DNA of 64,000 nt from the NCBI GenBank assembly GCA_013265495.1, contig MU058016.1, positions 62,001-126,000 on the forward strand, written 5' to 3'. The DNA is from Vicugna vicugna. Taxonomy: Eukaryota. The notes below the pieces were generated by a model. The model searched no databases and was not told the origin of the DNA. It worked only from the letters and a program-made list of their open reading frames with translations. The number at the start of each line of letters is the position of its first letter. Position 1 is the stretch's first letter. Both the position numbers and the translations under genes were made by a program. Shown piece by piece: positions 1 through 13,199 of the stretch.

Positions 1-371
1 CAATGGAACACTACTCAGCAATAATAAAGGAGATAAATAATACCTGAAACAACATGAATAAATACCAAAATAATTATACTGAGTGAAAAACATAGCTCCC
101 CCCAAATACATCCTATATGATCTCATATATAGAACTCCTGACAAATGCAAACAAGGCGACAATGACGCAAACCAGATCAGTGATAGCCTAGGGAAAGCGA
201 TAGAGGGAGAGATTAAAAAGTGGCACGAAGAAACTTGCTGGGTCCATAAAAATGTTATTTGATTATAATGAAGATTTTGCCATATTCAAAACTCATCAAA
301 CTGTACCCTTTTGACAAGTGAAATTTATTATATGACAATTATGCTGTAATAAAGCTGTTTTTAAAAAAAAA
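1..371 (+). mobile_element. Old L1 (L1MC/L1ME-type) 3' end
   Basis: caatggaacactactcagcaata... ORF2-end motif; 3'UTR ending aataaagctgtttttaaaaaaaaa. Confidence 0.75.
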
Positions 372-436
372 CTATTTGCTAGGAAAATGCCACTCCCACG
401 ATGAAGCCATCGAAGTTCCCGTCAAAATTAGAACTT

Positions 437-655
437 GGAGGGATTTGGGTTCAAGGTGGCAATGGAAGAGGATCCTGAACTTACCTCCCACGAACACTCT
501 GAGTCTACAGCTATGTGTAGAATTTCCTCCAAAACAAACAAACAAACAAACAAAAAAACCCCTAAAACCTGGCTGAGCAACTCCTATACATTGGATGAAG
601 AGATGGTCCATATCAAATAGGGTAGGAGCGAATGGGACACAATGTGGCCATAAAT
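437..655 (+). mobile_element. L1 5' UTR fragment with internal (AAAC)n
   Basis: ggttcaaggtggcaatggaagaggatcctgaacttacctccc resembles laurasiatherian L1 5' termini and the 5' end at 8617. Confidence 0.6.
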
Positions 656-1229
656 TATAAGAACAAGGGAAATTTGGCTTTATTAGATATTTGCCTCTTG
701 ATGATGTAGCAATGAGGGACTATGAAAGTAATGGATAAATAAAATTCACAGAAAATCTCCAATGATAAGATGAGACTGGCTTAAAACCAAGGGGGAAAAA
801 AGGAAGGAACAACTACAAAACAGGAAAAACATGAGAGGTCGCTATTTTCAAGCCCAGAAAAACAGATGGCATACATCTGTGGTCATGGAAAGCAGGGAAA
901 CGTGAATCTAGGATTGGACTTTACTGGGGCAGCACAGGATAACAGATACCAAATGAATCAGAGATCTTAGTAAGCTGAGGAGGCAGAGAGAACAGAATCC
1001 CACTTCAGGGAGTGAAGAGAAAGGAGGCTAGGAGTCAAATATGGGGTGCAAATATGAAGGCCTAGCAGAGATTACTTGATACAGAGTTGAGAGCTGAACA
1101 GAGATATCAGAGGTTCTACAGGGCTGGAAGATGTACTTCTATAAGAATGGAGATACCTTGCTAAAAACTTTGGGCCTTCTGTTGAGACCTCATGCATTAG
1201 GACTAAAAAGCACACTCTAGAGGACAGAA

Positions 1230-1465
1230 GGATATAAATCAGACTGCATACAATATATTACCTACAATGTACACCATACAATAAGGAAATTAATAGGCAT
1301 GACAGTAAATGTGACCCATAGTCAAGCAGGAAGGAAGTCAACTGAAGTCAGTCATGAAATGATCCAGGTGTTGGAATTATCAGACAAGAACTATAAAGCA
1401 GCTGTTATAAATGTATTCAAGAACTGAAAGGAAAAGCTGGTAATAATGAGTGAACTAATTGGGAA
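1230..1465 (+). mobile_element. Ancient L1M ORF1-start fragment
   Basis: gaaatgatccaggtgttggaattatcagacaagaactataaagcagctgttataaatgtattcaagaac is typical of old L1 ORF1 5' regions. Confidence 0.6.
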
Positions 1466-1600
1466 GTTACTACATTTCTCTGTGTTTCTGTTTCCTCGTG
1501 TGAAAAATGGGGATAAAAATAATACCCACCTCAGAGTGGATGACTATATGTAAGTGCTTAGAATAATGCCTGGCTCATCAAAAGCATTCCGTAAAGGTTT
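1466..1600 (+). mobile_element. MIR SINE
   Basis: MIR core tttcctcgtgtgaaaaatggggataaaaataatacccacctcagag...gtaagtgcttagaataatgcctggc. Confidence 0.7.
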
Positions 1601-2059
1601 ACTCTTATCATGTGTCTTACAGCATTTTATTTGCATATTTGAGTCTCAATTTCTTCATAAATAAGAAGAAATTAATAACTTCATCTTATTAGGACTGTTA
1701 TAAAGATTAAATAATAAAGTACAGTGAGAACCTAGAACAACTCCTGGTAGCCAACATACATTTGATAAGTGTCCATTATCTAATCCTCCAGATTCACTTT
1801 TGAACTTAAGAATACATGATGTGGTAAAATTGTTATAGCCATTTTTTTTTCTAAAACAGAACTGATTAGGAATAAAAGCAATGCCATAAAACATTTCTGT
1901 ATTTTTTTCCATTGTAATATACACAGATACAAAAATGTAAACAAAAAATGTTAAAACAGTTAAATTGTCCTTGTTCTCCTCCATCTGGAAGTCATCAGTC
2001 ACTCACTTCTGAATTACTCTATTATTAACTCAACTATCTGCTCTTTCACCAAATGACCA

Positions 2060-2500
2060 TGAAAGGAAACTCAGGGCCAGGCTCTGTGCTGATTCTGGAT
2101 GTAAATCTAATAAACAAGATAGTCTCTGACCTCAAGTAGCTTAAAAATAAAGAGAAATTACAACAGTCTTACCAAGTACTAAGAGAGAAACAGACACAGA
2201 AAATACAGAAGGAGGGCTAAGACCTATGTGTGTTAGAAGAAATGATGTTTCAGCTGAGACTTAAAGGAGAGAAAGAAGTAGAGGTGTGAGAAAAGGGAAA
2301 GTGCGTCTCTCGCAGAGGGAGAAGATGTTCAGTGCCCTGAAATGAGCGAGCGTGGAACCTGGGGAACTACAAGATGAATGAAGCATAGAGTTTGACTAAG
2401 GAAGCTGAGAAATGAGGGGTGCAGGGTCCACATCACACACACCCTAACAGGTCATGTTAAGGACCTTACACTTCATCGTGCAAGCAATGAGGAAGCAATG
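2060..2500 (-). mobile_element. L2 fragment
   Basis: ccaggctctgtgct...tctctgacctcaagtagctta...tttcagctgagacttaaagga...ggtcatgttaaggacctt L2 3'-region pattern. Confidence 0.55.
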
Positions 2501-2509
2501 TCACTCTAT

Positions 2510-2698
2510 GAAAGCAAAAGAAAAGAAGTATTTTTAAATATTGAAAAAGCTCATGCTGTTTGCTATATTGTGTGCCACAAAATCCTTTGTCTCTGACCCA
2601 GGGACGTAGTGTCTTCTGTTAGCATCCATGAACCTGTGGCGACTAGCTTGTCAACTTGTAAGTACAGTAATATCTCAGACCCTTCACGGTTTTTGACA
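2510..2698 (+). mobile_element. ERV1 LTR 3' part (MER34-like)
   Basis: tttgtctctgacccaggg...gtcttctgttagcatccatgaacctgtggc...tctcagacccttcacggtttttgaca, ending in CA. Confidence 0.7.
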
Positions 2699-2734
2699 AG
2701 AGGAGAGAGTTTTCATTTTTAGTGCAAAGGGAAG

Positions 2735-2942
2735 AAACTAAGATTTAGAGTCAGACTGATGTAAGCTAAATTTGGGCCCATTCATTTCTAAGCTGGCCAA
2801 TTATATGCCAATTATTCAACTTCTGAGGTCCTTTTCCTCCTCTATAAAAATGTATATAACAATACACAAATGGAAGGGTTCTTGAGCACTATTTAAATGA
2901 AATAACTTACATGAAATGTCTACCCTAATACTTGGCATACAG
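2735..2942 (+). mobile_element. MIR SINE
   Basis: tttagagtcagactga...ttttcctcctctataaaaatg...ttggcatacagg. Confidence 0.55.
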
Positions 2943-3169
2943 GACTTTCCTTTCTTATGACATTTTCATTTCCTACTTCTTCCGTATAGCTGTATAGTTC
3001 TATGATTGTATCTTTAAAGTTCTTTGATATACATGTCTCAACATCACCAATACATAGAAATTTGCATTTACAATGCTAAATCCCTTTAGTATTTGGTGTA
3101 TGAGGTGCTCAATAAACATTTGTTAAATCAGTGAGGAATCAATTAATAAGGACAATTTACTTCATTCAT

Positions 3170-3700
3170 CCACTAATTCATTCAATAATTACTGAGACAT
3201 TACCATGTTCCAGGCACTGTACTAGGAAGCTGGGATTCAGCAGATAAGGTCCCTGCACTCAAGAAGCTTATATTTTAGTGATCATAGATTCAGCAAGCAT
3301 GGACAAAATTTTCAGACAGTGACAAGTGCTGTAAGCATAAAAAGGGTAAAGTTAGAGAGTGTAGCTGGCTGGTGAGGTTCAGAAGAAGCTTTCATGTGAA
3401 GGTATTATTTTATCTGTGACCTGAATGATAAGAGGAGCCAGCAGTGCAAAAACCTGAAAGAAGAGCTTACCAAACAGAGGGAGGAAAGCAAGTGCAAAGC
3501 CCCTTAGGTGAGAACAGGCTTGGCTGTTAGAAGAAACTAAAAAATGTCAGTATGACGATGTTCTAGTTAGCAAGGGGGAAAATGGTAGGAGGTTCAGGTT
3601 AAAGTAGGCAGAAGCCAGCTCACGCAAGCTGCACAGACCATGCTAAGGATTTGAAATGCATGAGTCAATATTATCACTGGAAGAGCAGTTTTTTATACAT
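3170..3700 (-). mobile_element. L2 3' end
   Basis: attcattcaataattactgag...ccatgttccaggcactgtactagg...ggtccctgcactcaagaagcttatatttt. Confidence 0.7.
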
Positions 3701-3983
3701 TTCTCAAATTAAGGAAAGGTATTTAACTCTAATTTTCAAGCAGATGGTTAAATTTAGACTGAGATTTTATGTCCTGCTGGCAATTTCTTATTTTAATGGC
3801 CTTTTCATTGAAATCCTTTTGGGAATACACTATAGTTGAGAACGAATCAGAATTTAATACAGCCAAAACTTCCCTTTCAAAATGATATTAATGAGCATTT
3901 TTAATTTCTAATAACTATAATAGGTAAAAATCATTTGGTTACTGCTACTGCCTGACTCTGCTCCAAAACACCTATCTAGCAAA

Positions 3984-4530
3984 TGTTGGGGAAATATAAT
4001 TAAAAACAAAATCTCCTCCTAACATAGAAAACCTCTCCTTAAAGGCAGAAGAGAAAGAAAACAATTTTATTATTGAATAAGCATCAAACAACAATGTGAT
4101 GGACATCACAGGCAGTCCACTAAGAGACTGCAAAGCCAGAAAGAACTCTCATCCTTTGATATGAGCCAAGCAGATACAACCCATTATACACGTGTCTGAA
4201 AGAAACAGTAACTAGTCCTCAGGTAAGAGGACTTCATGCACCATTTGTCACACATGGCTCATCCTAAATTCACCTGGTAATTTGAGTGATCATCTGTGTT
4301 AGCTAACTGGCTTTATTCAAAAGGAAAAAGACAGTCCTGGGTCTTAAAGCTGGCAAGAGCCTTATTTAGCATTTTAAAAGATTTACATATATTCCAAAGA
4401 GACAAACCTTGCGATCACAAGTTTTCTAAACTAAATGCTTTAAGAAAAGGAAAGAAGTAGAAGTTTCTTCCTTTATTTTTTAAGAAGGAAAATGAAGTTT
4501 CCAATTTTTCATTTGTATTCCCTGTTTTAT
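3984..4530 (-). mobile_element. ERV1-class solo LTR (MER67-like; subfamily uncertain)
   Basis: Starts TGTT; aaaacaaaatctcctcctaac...aaagaaaacaattttattattgaataagc (poly-A signal on the minus strand). Confidence 0.55.
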
Positions 4531-6029
4531 ATAAGTAGCTGAACTGGGATCTGAACCTACAATCTGGGTCTTCTATTTCTTAGAAATGCCATTCCTATTT
4601 TTTCCCACATACATAATTATATTCCTAATTCTCACTTTTTTCCACCTTTAGTTTGACAAACAATAAATATATATGAGGAGCAAACTAAAATCATAAATAC
4701 TGGATCCCATACTGTCAATATGGGACTGATTTAATTCCCAAACATTAAACACTGTTGAAAATACAGCTCAACTCCATCAATAATTTGGCAGTCTGCCTAT
4801 TTGATGATGCATTAACCGCCCTGGCGAAACAAATAAGGTCATTTTATGTACAGTCCAGATGACAATTTTAAAAATCAGTTTTTTACCATGTACCAATACT
4901 GATTAACATACAAATCATTCAAGGAAAGAGTACTTGGTATGTCTGGAAAATGAAAATCAGCAGCTAGTACAGTAAATGAGGCAGGTTACAAGATAACCAG
5001 CAGAATGTACAAGAGACCAAACTGGGGGTGAGAACACCCAAGATGAATTTTTTAATTCCATGTATATGAAAATATACGTCATTTTTAGAAACAAAATTTT
5101 AATTTATAAAAGATTTCTTTTTATACATATACTCTACAAGAATTTTAATCTGCATACTGTATAAGAATACTGTCAGGGTATAGGATAGCAACATGCCCGA
5201 TATAATTTGAAGAGTTCCCTCTAACTATATTAAGTTTAATAACTCCTTTCAAAACAAGAAAAAGGGATAATGTATGGCATGCACTAGTTTAAATTTAATA
5301 GAAAATTAACCAAGATACAATTCAACAATGTATTGCAAACACAGATACTTTATTAAGTATTCTCATATATTAACCTTCCACAGTGAATTTTTCTCTTTGC
5401 TCTTTCCCAAAGAAAAATACATAAAAAGAATTACTGAAGAAAGAACCACATTGACAAATATCCTTTTATAACAATAATACACATCACTAGAACAAAATAA
5501 AGATATAAGTAATATGAAAATAATAGATTATAAATCCAAACTAAAATACAAACACAAGACTATTAAAAGTTCTGAAAAGATGTCTCATTTCATTGTATCT
5601 AGAACACTAGTGGGGACATGGAATTCTAAATCTGCTATTTTGAAAGCATAATCCAGCATCTTAATAACAGTCAGTCTGCTATTCAGTTTGTAATTTTCAT
5701 GACTGGTAAATATACTTGTAGTCTGGGCTACAATATACCTATTATATTAACTTTTTATTGAACCAGCAATAAACTCCTACCTCTTATTAACTCAAATCAA
5801 TTTTATTACTCTTGCTAAAAAAAAAAGTTAATAAAAAAGTCAATAACATAGTCTTCCAAAACACAAACTACTGAAGCATTTCATTCATTATACACCAACA
5901 GAGCTTCAAATAATTCCCTTCCCTGTTGAACGTCTAAAAATCAACCTTATATTTAAGATCCTAAATTTCCCACTGATCATACTTCTCTGCACTCCACCTA
6001 TCAAGTCAACCAGAAATGATGATAATATT

Positions 6030-6280
6030 GATAATGATAATTACAGCAGCTAACATTTGTTGAGGGCTTACTGAGTGCCAAGCACTGTCCTAAATGCTTT
6101 ACATGAATTTAATCCTTAAAGCAACCCTATGAGATAATTATATCATATAATTATCCCAATTTCTACATGAGAAAATGAAGGACCAGAGTGATTAAATAAC
6201 TTATCTAAGATAACACAGCTAGTAAGTGATGGAGCCAGGATTTGAACTGATGAAGACTGACTCCACAGGCCACACTTGTC
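6030..6280 (-). mobile_element. MIR SINE
   Basis: gcagctaacatttgttgagggcttactgagtgccaagcactgtcctaaatgctttacatg...gctagtaagtgatggagccaggatttgaac. Confidence 0.85.
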
Positions 6281-6462
6281 CTTTCTGATCATCTACAAAG
6301 GATACCTTTCAGTATTTAATCTCAAATAAAATTAACAATGACTATTCTATATAACTTACTATGCTGAGTCATGTGGGACTATACGAATGCAGACATGGAT
6401 ACTAAGCCAAGATGCTTAAAATACAATGAGAAAAGACAAAGAAATAGTTTTTTAAAAAATTA

Positions 6463-6534
6463 GAGTTTAAGACAATAAAAAAAAATCTATTTCAAAACTG
6501 AGTTTAAGACAATAAAAAAAATCTATTTCAAAAC
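6463..6534. repeat. Tandem duplication, ~37-bp unit
   Basis: gagtttaagacaat(A)9tctatttcaaaac at 6463-6498 and the same with (A)8 at 6500-6534. Confidence 0.9.
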
Positions 6535-6729
6535 CACTGCATATTTTAATTGCCAAGTTAATTATCTATAAATATGCCACAGAAATTTAGAGGCAGAAGA
6601 GAGAACTCCAGAACATGGGCTCCAGTTCTGACACTTCACTTACCAGCCCTGTGATTTAGCCAAGTCAAAAATGCTTCTCGGAGTACTGTTATACTAATTT
6701 GTTTAACAATTCCAAATTATATTGTCATG

Positions 6730-6960
6730 AGCTTTTTTCAGATTCTGGGTTACAATTCATTAGTGAATCATGAAATCAATAAAATAGTTCAAAACCTAGC
6801 AACTTCATAAAAAATCAAGTGGAATGGAATGAAAAATATCAGAAGTTATCCTACTTACTTTCTTGGATTTTAAAGTATATGTGTGTAAATGGAATTTTAC
6901 AGATTAAAATGTATTTCTTAATATAGGCACAGTCATGAAAGTTTGAAAGTCATAGCTATA
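6730..6960. mobile_element. hAT-Charlie-type MITE
   Basis: cattagtgaatcatgaaatcaat...aaaatgtatttctta...aaagtttgaaagtcatag terminus. Confidence 0.5.
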
Positions 6961-7540
6961 TTCTAAATTGATAGGGGTTATAGGAGACTGTATGAGTTAG
7001 AAGTTCTTATTCCTATAAAGATTTTTCCAAAAGCAAAGAAATAGCTTTCTCTACACTGTGAACTCCTCAAGAGTGGCAATCTTGTCTTACTAAATGTATG
7101 TACTCCCAGAAATATTAGCACAGTGTCTGACACAGAGCCAGTTTTCAATAAATAATGAAGAGCTCAATGGATAAATGGAAACAGCCAGAGAAATTTTATG
7201 AAATTACAATTTACCTTGATTTTAAAGAACTGATAGGATTTGGATCATTCTTTTTAAAAGACTAGTGGGCATTCTTAGAATTCATTCTTTCAATTTCTGA
7301 CCATATATTCAGGATGGGAAGGACAAAGAGCAAAAAGCTTTCTACTCAGAGGAGGAAAAGAATAAACTGAATGATACTGCAAAGCCATGATGGTCCCCCC
7401 AGTTCACTGATCTGACTCTCAACCCTGTGAATAATGGGAAGATTATAGGCCCTGGGGCTTGAGGCTGGAAAAATGCACTGAGGACACTGAAAAGAGCCAA
7501 CGTTAACTCTTTTCTTAGGAAAGACAGAAGTAGAGGATTG

Positions 7541-8307
7541 TAAATGATAAATGCTAAAAAGGGTGTCAGGGAAAGGGAACCCTCCTGCGCTGTAGGTGGA
7601 AATGTAGTTTGGTGTAGCCGTTATGGAAAACAGTATGGAGATTTAGCTCAAAAGACTAAAAACAGATTTACCATATGATCCAGCAATCCCACTCCTGGGC
7701 ATATATCCAGAGGGAACCTTAATTCAAAAAGAAACATGCACCCCAATATTCATAGCATCACTATTTACAATAGCCAAGGCATGGAAATAACCTAAATGTC
7801 CATAGACAGATGACTGGATAAAGAAGTTGTGGTATATTTATACAATGGAATACGATTCTGCCATAAAAAAGAATAAAATAATGCCATTTGCAGCAACATG
7901 GATGGACCTGGAGATTGTCATTTTAAGTGAAGTAAGCCAGAATGGGAAAGAAAAATACCATATTGTATCACTTGTATGTAGAAACTAAAAAAGACAAATG
8001 GACTTATTACAAAACAAACAGACTCACAGACATAGAAAACAAATTTATGCTTACCAGGGGGAAGGGGATGGGAAGGGTCAAACTGAGAGTTTAAGATTTG
8101 TAAATACTAGCTACTATATATAAGAGAGATGAACAAGTTTATAGTGCATAGAACAGGGAACTAGATTCACTATCTTGTAGTAACCTATAATGAAAAAGAG
8201 TATGAAAATGAATATATGTATATATACATATGACTGAACTATTATGCTGTACATCAGAAATTGACACAACATTGTAAACTGACTATACTTCAATAAAAAT
8301 TTTTAAA
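7541..8307 (+). mobile_element. 5'-truncated lineage-specific L1 (ORF2 C-terminus + 3'UTR) with TSD
   Basis: ttaccatatgatccagcaatcccactcctgggcatatatccagag...aataaaa tail; TSD aagtagaggattg (7528-7540) / aagcagagggttg (8308-8320), 11/13 identical. Confidence 0.9.
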
Positions 8308-8616
8308 AAGCAGAGGGTTGACATTCATGTTTCCTATTTTAAACAGGAGTAGAGAGAACAAAAGTTAGACATTACCTAAAAAGCAGGTCAGAGAACCAGG
8401 AATTAAAAATTCAGGCTAATTCCCTTTGCATCTTAATGCAACTTACCTTTAAGGGTTGGATGCCAGAACTACTCAACAATTCTTCCAGAGACATGAGTGA
8501 GTCATTGCCTTCCCTAAGTACTCTGTGCATCACAGTACTGAACCTGGAACCAGTACAAAGGAAGGTGGCTTATCTGCAGCTCAGGGCACTGATGCTTAAT
8601 CTGAAGCACTGGGTAT

Positions 8617-11600
8617 GGAGGCAGGATCAAGATAGCAGAGTAGGAAGACCCTGAACTCAAATCCTCCCAAGACAAAACCAAAACTACAACTACATATAGA
8701 ACAACTCTCTCTGAGAACAAACTGAAGTAGAGGATTTTAAATGATAAACTTAGAACAACTTTTCGACAATTAAAGATATAAAGAAAAAAAAACACACCAA
8801 GACATGCAGGAGGAGAAGAGAAGCAATCTAGTCATGATCCATACTCCCAGTGGGTGATCCAAAAGAGGAAAGTGTTATCACAAACTCAGAGGTCCTCCCT
8901 AAGGAGTGAGAGGGATGAGCCCCACACTGGGCAACTCTACATCCACCTGCTCCATGGAGCAGTTCTGATATACCCTGGGAGAAGCTCCAGCCTATGCTGG
9001 GCTCTGGGTCCAGCCTCTGCAACCCTGCCAAGGTGGCAGCTTTCAACTCACTCCAGGAGAAGCCTCAAACCATGCTTTCTTCAGCTCCAGCCCTCCCTCC
9101 AAATCCACTGGGCTCACACAGTCTGCATAGGGATACTTCTACACAAGGAGATACCTTCAAGATCAGAAGAAGTAATTGTTTTGCCTCACTCATAGAGACA
9201 AACACAGAAAGGTAAACAATATTAGAAGACAAAACTATTATCTAAATGAAAGAACAACAAAACCCTAATAAAATAGAGATTTTAGTATTTTACCTGATCA
9301 TGAGTTCAAAGCAACAATCATAAAAGTACTCACTAAACTAAGGTAAATAATAGAGAAAAATAGTGAGAACTTCAATAAAGAAATAGAAAACATAAAAAGA
9401 ATGAATCCGAGCTGAAGAATACAGTAACTAAAATGAAAAGTACACTAGAGGGAATCAAAAGTAAATTTGGCAATACAGAAAGATGTATAAGCAACCTGGA
9501 AGACAGAATAGTGGAAATTACCCAACTGGAGAAGAAAAAAGATTTTTTTAAAACAATGAGGATACTTTAAGGGACTTCTGGAACAACATCAAGTATACCA
9601 ACATTTACATGATAGGGGCCCCAAAAGAGAAGAGAAATAGAAATGGGCAAAAAATATATTTGATAAAATAATGGATGAAAAATCCCCTAACCTAGAGAAG
9701 GAAAAAAATATTCAGGTCTAGGAAACAGTTCCAAACAAGATAAATGCAAAGAGATCCACACAAGACATATGATAATTAAAATGGCAAAAGTTAAATATAA
9801 TTTTAAAAGCAGCAAGAGACAAACAAAGAGTCACATAAAAGGAGGTACCCTTTAGGCTATCAGATGAATTTTCAGCAGAAACACTGCAGGTCAGAAGGGA
9901 GAGGCATGATATACTTAAGTGGGAAAGGGAAAAGCCTACAACCACGGATACTCTATCTAGCGAAGTTACCATTCAGAATTAAGGACAGATAAAAAGTATC
10001 CCTACAAGTAAAAACTAGGAGACCTTACCAGTAAATTTTACAAAAAATGTTAAAGGGTCTTTCAGAAAAAACAAAAGGTCATAACAAGAACAAAATATAT
10101 GCAGGAAAAGAAATTTCACTGGTAAAGGCAAATATATAGTAAAGCCAGTGGATCAACCACTTAAAACGTTACTATAAAGGTTAAAAACCAAACAGAAAAA
10201 AAACTGTGTAAAATAAGCAAAAACTACAGTTAGTAGTTACAAGATACACAAAAAGATGTCAAACACAACATAAATACAAAGTGTAGCAGAAAGTTAAAAA
10301 AAAGTACAGATTTTAGAATACATTGGAATTTAACTATCAGTTAAAAACAAATATAGATCAGTTGATCCATATATATAGGGAGGTATATATAGATATATCT
10401 ATCTCATGGTAACCACAAACCAAAAATCTATAATAGATACATAAAAAACAAAGAGAAAGAAACCCAAATGTAACACTAAAGAAAATCATTAAATCACAAA
10501 GGAAAGGACTAAAAGGAGAAAAAAGAGAACTACAAAAACAATCGAAACAAATAACAAAAAGGCACTAAGTATATACCTATCAATAATCACTTCAAATGTA
10601 AATAGACTGAAAGCCACTATCAAAAGGCAGAGTGGCTGGATGTATAAAAAAACCAAAGATCCATCTATATGCTGCCTATAAGAGACTCACTTCAGAGCTA
10701 AAAAACACAGACTGAAAGTGAAGGGATACAAAAAGATACTCCATGCAAATGGAAACAAATGAAAGCTGGAGTAGCAACATTTACATGAGACAAATAGATT
10801 TTAAGACAAACACTATAACAAAAGACAAAGAAGGGCATTACATAATGATAAAAAGGTCAATCCAATAAGAGGATATAACATTTGTAAATTCAAAGGGAAG
10901 AAGTAAAACTGTCACTGATGCAGATGACTGGATATTTTATAGAGAAAAACCTTAAAAGGTCCCACCAAAAAACTACTAGAACTAATAAATAAATTCAGTA
11001 AGGTAGCAGGATACAAAATCAATATACAGAAATTTGCTGCATACCTATATGCTAATAATGAATCATCAAAAAGAAAAATCAAGAAACCAATCCCATTTGT
11101 AATTGCATCAAAAAAAAATCAAATACCTAGGAATAAATTTGACAAAGGAAGTGAAAGACCTATATTCTGAAAACTAAGACACTGATAAAAGAAATTGAAG
11201 ATGACACAAATAAATGGAAAGAGATTCTGTGTTCACAGATTGGAAGAGTTAATATCATTAATATGTCCATACTACCCAAAGCAATTTATAGATTCAGTGC
11301 AATCCCTCTCAAAATTTCAAAGAATTTTTCACAGAACTATAACAAATAATCTTAAAATTTGTAGGGAAACACAAAAGAACGCGAAGAGCCAAAGCAACCT
11401 AAGTGTCCATCAACAGATGAAAAGTTAAAGATGGAATGGAATATTGCTCAGCCACAAAAAAGAATAAAATTTTGCAACATTATCTGACATACATTTCAAA
11501 AATTTTCTCCTAGAATACATACAAGCAAGAATAAACAAATGGGACCTAATTTGTTAACTTATAAGCTTCTGCACAGCAAAGGAAACCAGAAGTAAAACAA

Positions 11601-13080
11601 GAAGAAAACCTACGGAATGGGAGAAAATTTTTGCAAGTGAAACCAACAAAGGCTTGATCTCCAGAATATATAAGCAGCTCATATGACTCAATAAGAAAAA
11701 AATAAACAACCCAATCCAAAAATGGGCAGAAGACCTAAACAAGCAATTCTCCAAGGAAGACATACAAATGATCAAAAAGCATATGAAAAAATGCTCAATA
11801 TCACTAATTATCAGAGAAATGCAAATCAAAACTACAATGAGGTATCACCTCACACCAGTCAGAATGGCCGTCATTCAAAAATCCACAAATGACAAATGCT
11901 GGAGAGGCTGTGGAGAAAGGGGAACCCTCCTATACTGCTGGTGGGAATGCAGTTTGGTGCAGCCACTGTGGAAAACAGTGTGGAGATTCCTCAAAAGACT
12001 AGGAATAGACTTACCATATGACCCAGGAATCCCACTCCTGGGCTTGTATCCAGAAGGAAATCTACTTCAGGATGACACCTGCACCCCAATGTTCATAGCA
12101 GCACTATTTACAATAGCCAAAACATGGAAACAGCCTAAATGTCCATCAACAGGTGACTGGATAAAGAAGAGGTGGTATATTTATACAATGGAATACTACT
12201 CAGCCATAAAAACCGACAACATAATGCCATTTGCAGCAACATGGATGCTCCTAGAGAATGTCATTCTAAGTGAAGTAAGCCAGAAAGAGAAAGAAAAATA
12301 CCATATGAGATCGCTCATATGTGGAATCTAAAAAACAAAAACAAACAAACAAAAAAAAAGCATAAATACAGGACAGAAATAGACTCATGGACAGAGAATA
12401 CAGACTTGTGGTTACCAGGGGGGTAGAGGGTGGGAAGGGATAGACTGGGATTTCAAAATTGTAGAATAGATAAACAAGATTACACTGTATAGCACAGGGA
12501 AATATACACAAAATGTTATGATAAATCACAGAGAAAAAAATGTGACAATGAGTGTGTATATGTCCATGAATGACTGAAAAATTGTGCTGAACACTGGAAT
12601 TTGACACAACATTGTAGAGTGATTATAAATCAATTAAAAATGTTAAAAAAAAAAAAAGAAGAAAATTTTGCCATTTGCTACAACATGGATAGACCTGGAA
12701 GGTATTATACTAAGTGAAGTAAGTCATACAGAGAAGACAAGTATTGTAAGTTTTCACTTATATATGAAATTTACAAAACAGAACAAACAAAAATCAATAT
12801 AACAAACAGAAACAGACTCACAGATTCAGAGAACAAACTAACGGTTGCCAAAGGGCAGAGGGTGGGGAAAGAGCAAAATAGGTGAAGATAAAGAGGTTAC
12901 AAACTACCAGTTACAAAATAAAAGAGTCACAGGAGTGTAATATACAGCAGAGGGAATATAATCAATAATATTATAATAACTTTGTATGGAGCATAATACA
13001 TAAAAATACAAAATCACTATGTTGTACACCTAAAACTAATATAATATTGTAAGTCAATTATACTTCAATAGGAAAAAAAG
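8617..13080 (+). mobile_element. Near-full-length degenerate L1: 5'UTR, disabled ORF1 (~9215-10070), ORF2 with two large internal deletions, 3'UTR; interrupted by a younger L1
   Basis: 5' terminus ggaggcaggatcaagatagcagagtaggaagaccctgaac; endonuclease region from ~10560 (ctatcaataatcacttcaaatgtaaat...atatgctgcctataagagactcac); RT remnant gaagaagtaaaactgtcactgatgcagatgac; 3' end gttgtacacctaaaactaatataatattg. Confidence 0.9.
11476..12655 (+). mobile_element. Young 5'-truncated L1 nested in the older L1; ORF2 C-terminal 187 codons still open (11768-12331)
   Basis: [37 protein letters not shown]...[18 protein letters not shown]...WKQPKCPS is the L1 ORF2p C-terminus; poly-A tail; TSD aagaataaaattttgc (11460-11475) / aagaagaaaattttgc (12656-12671). 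Confidence 0.93.
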
Positions 13081-13084
13081 GATC

Positions 13085-13199
13085 TTGAAACTTACAATAA
13101 AAAAATATGAAAACATATATGTTCATGTATGACTGAAGCATTGTGCTGTACACCAGAAACTGACACAACATTGTAAACTGACTATACTTCAAAAAATAA
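13085..13199 (+). mobile_element. Short L1 3' tail, same family as 7541-8307
   Basis: tatgactgaagcattgtgctgtacaccagaaactgacacaacattgtaaactgactatacttc closely matches 8229-8291. Confidence 0.8.

Noticed and set aside
11768..12331. 187-aa ORF as a host gene
   Set aside because: It is the L1 ORF2p C-terminus in a 5'-truncated retrocopy, with an in-frame stop upstream and no promoter.
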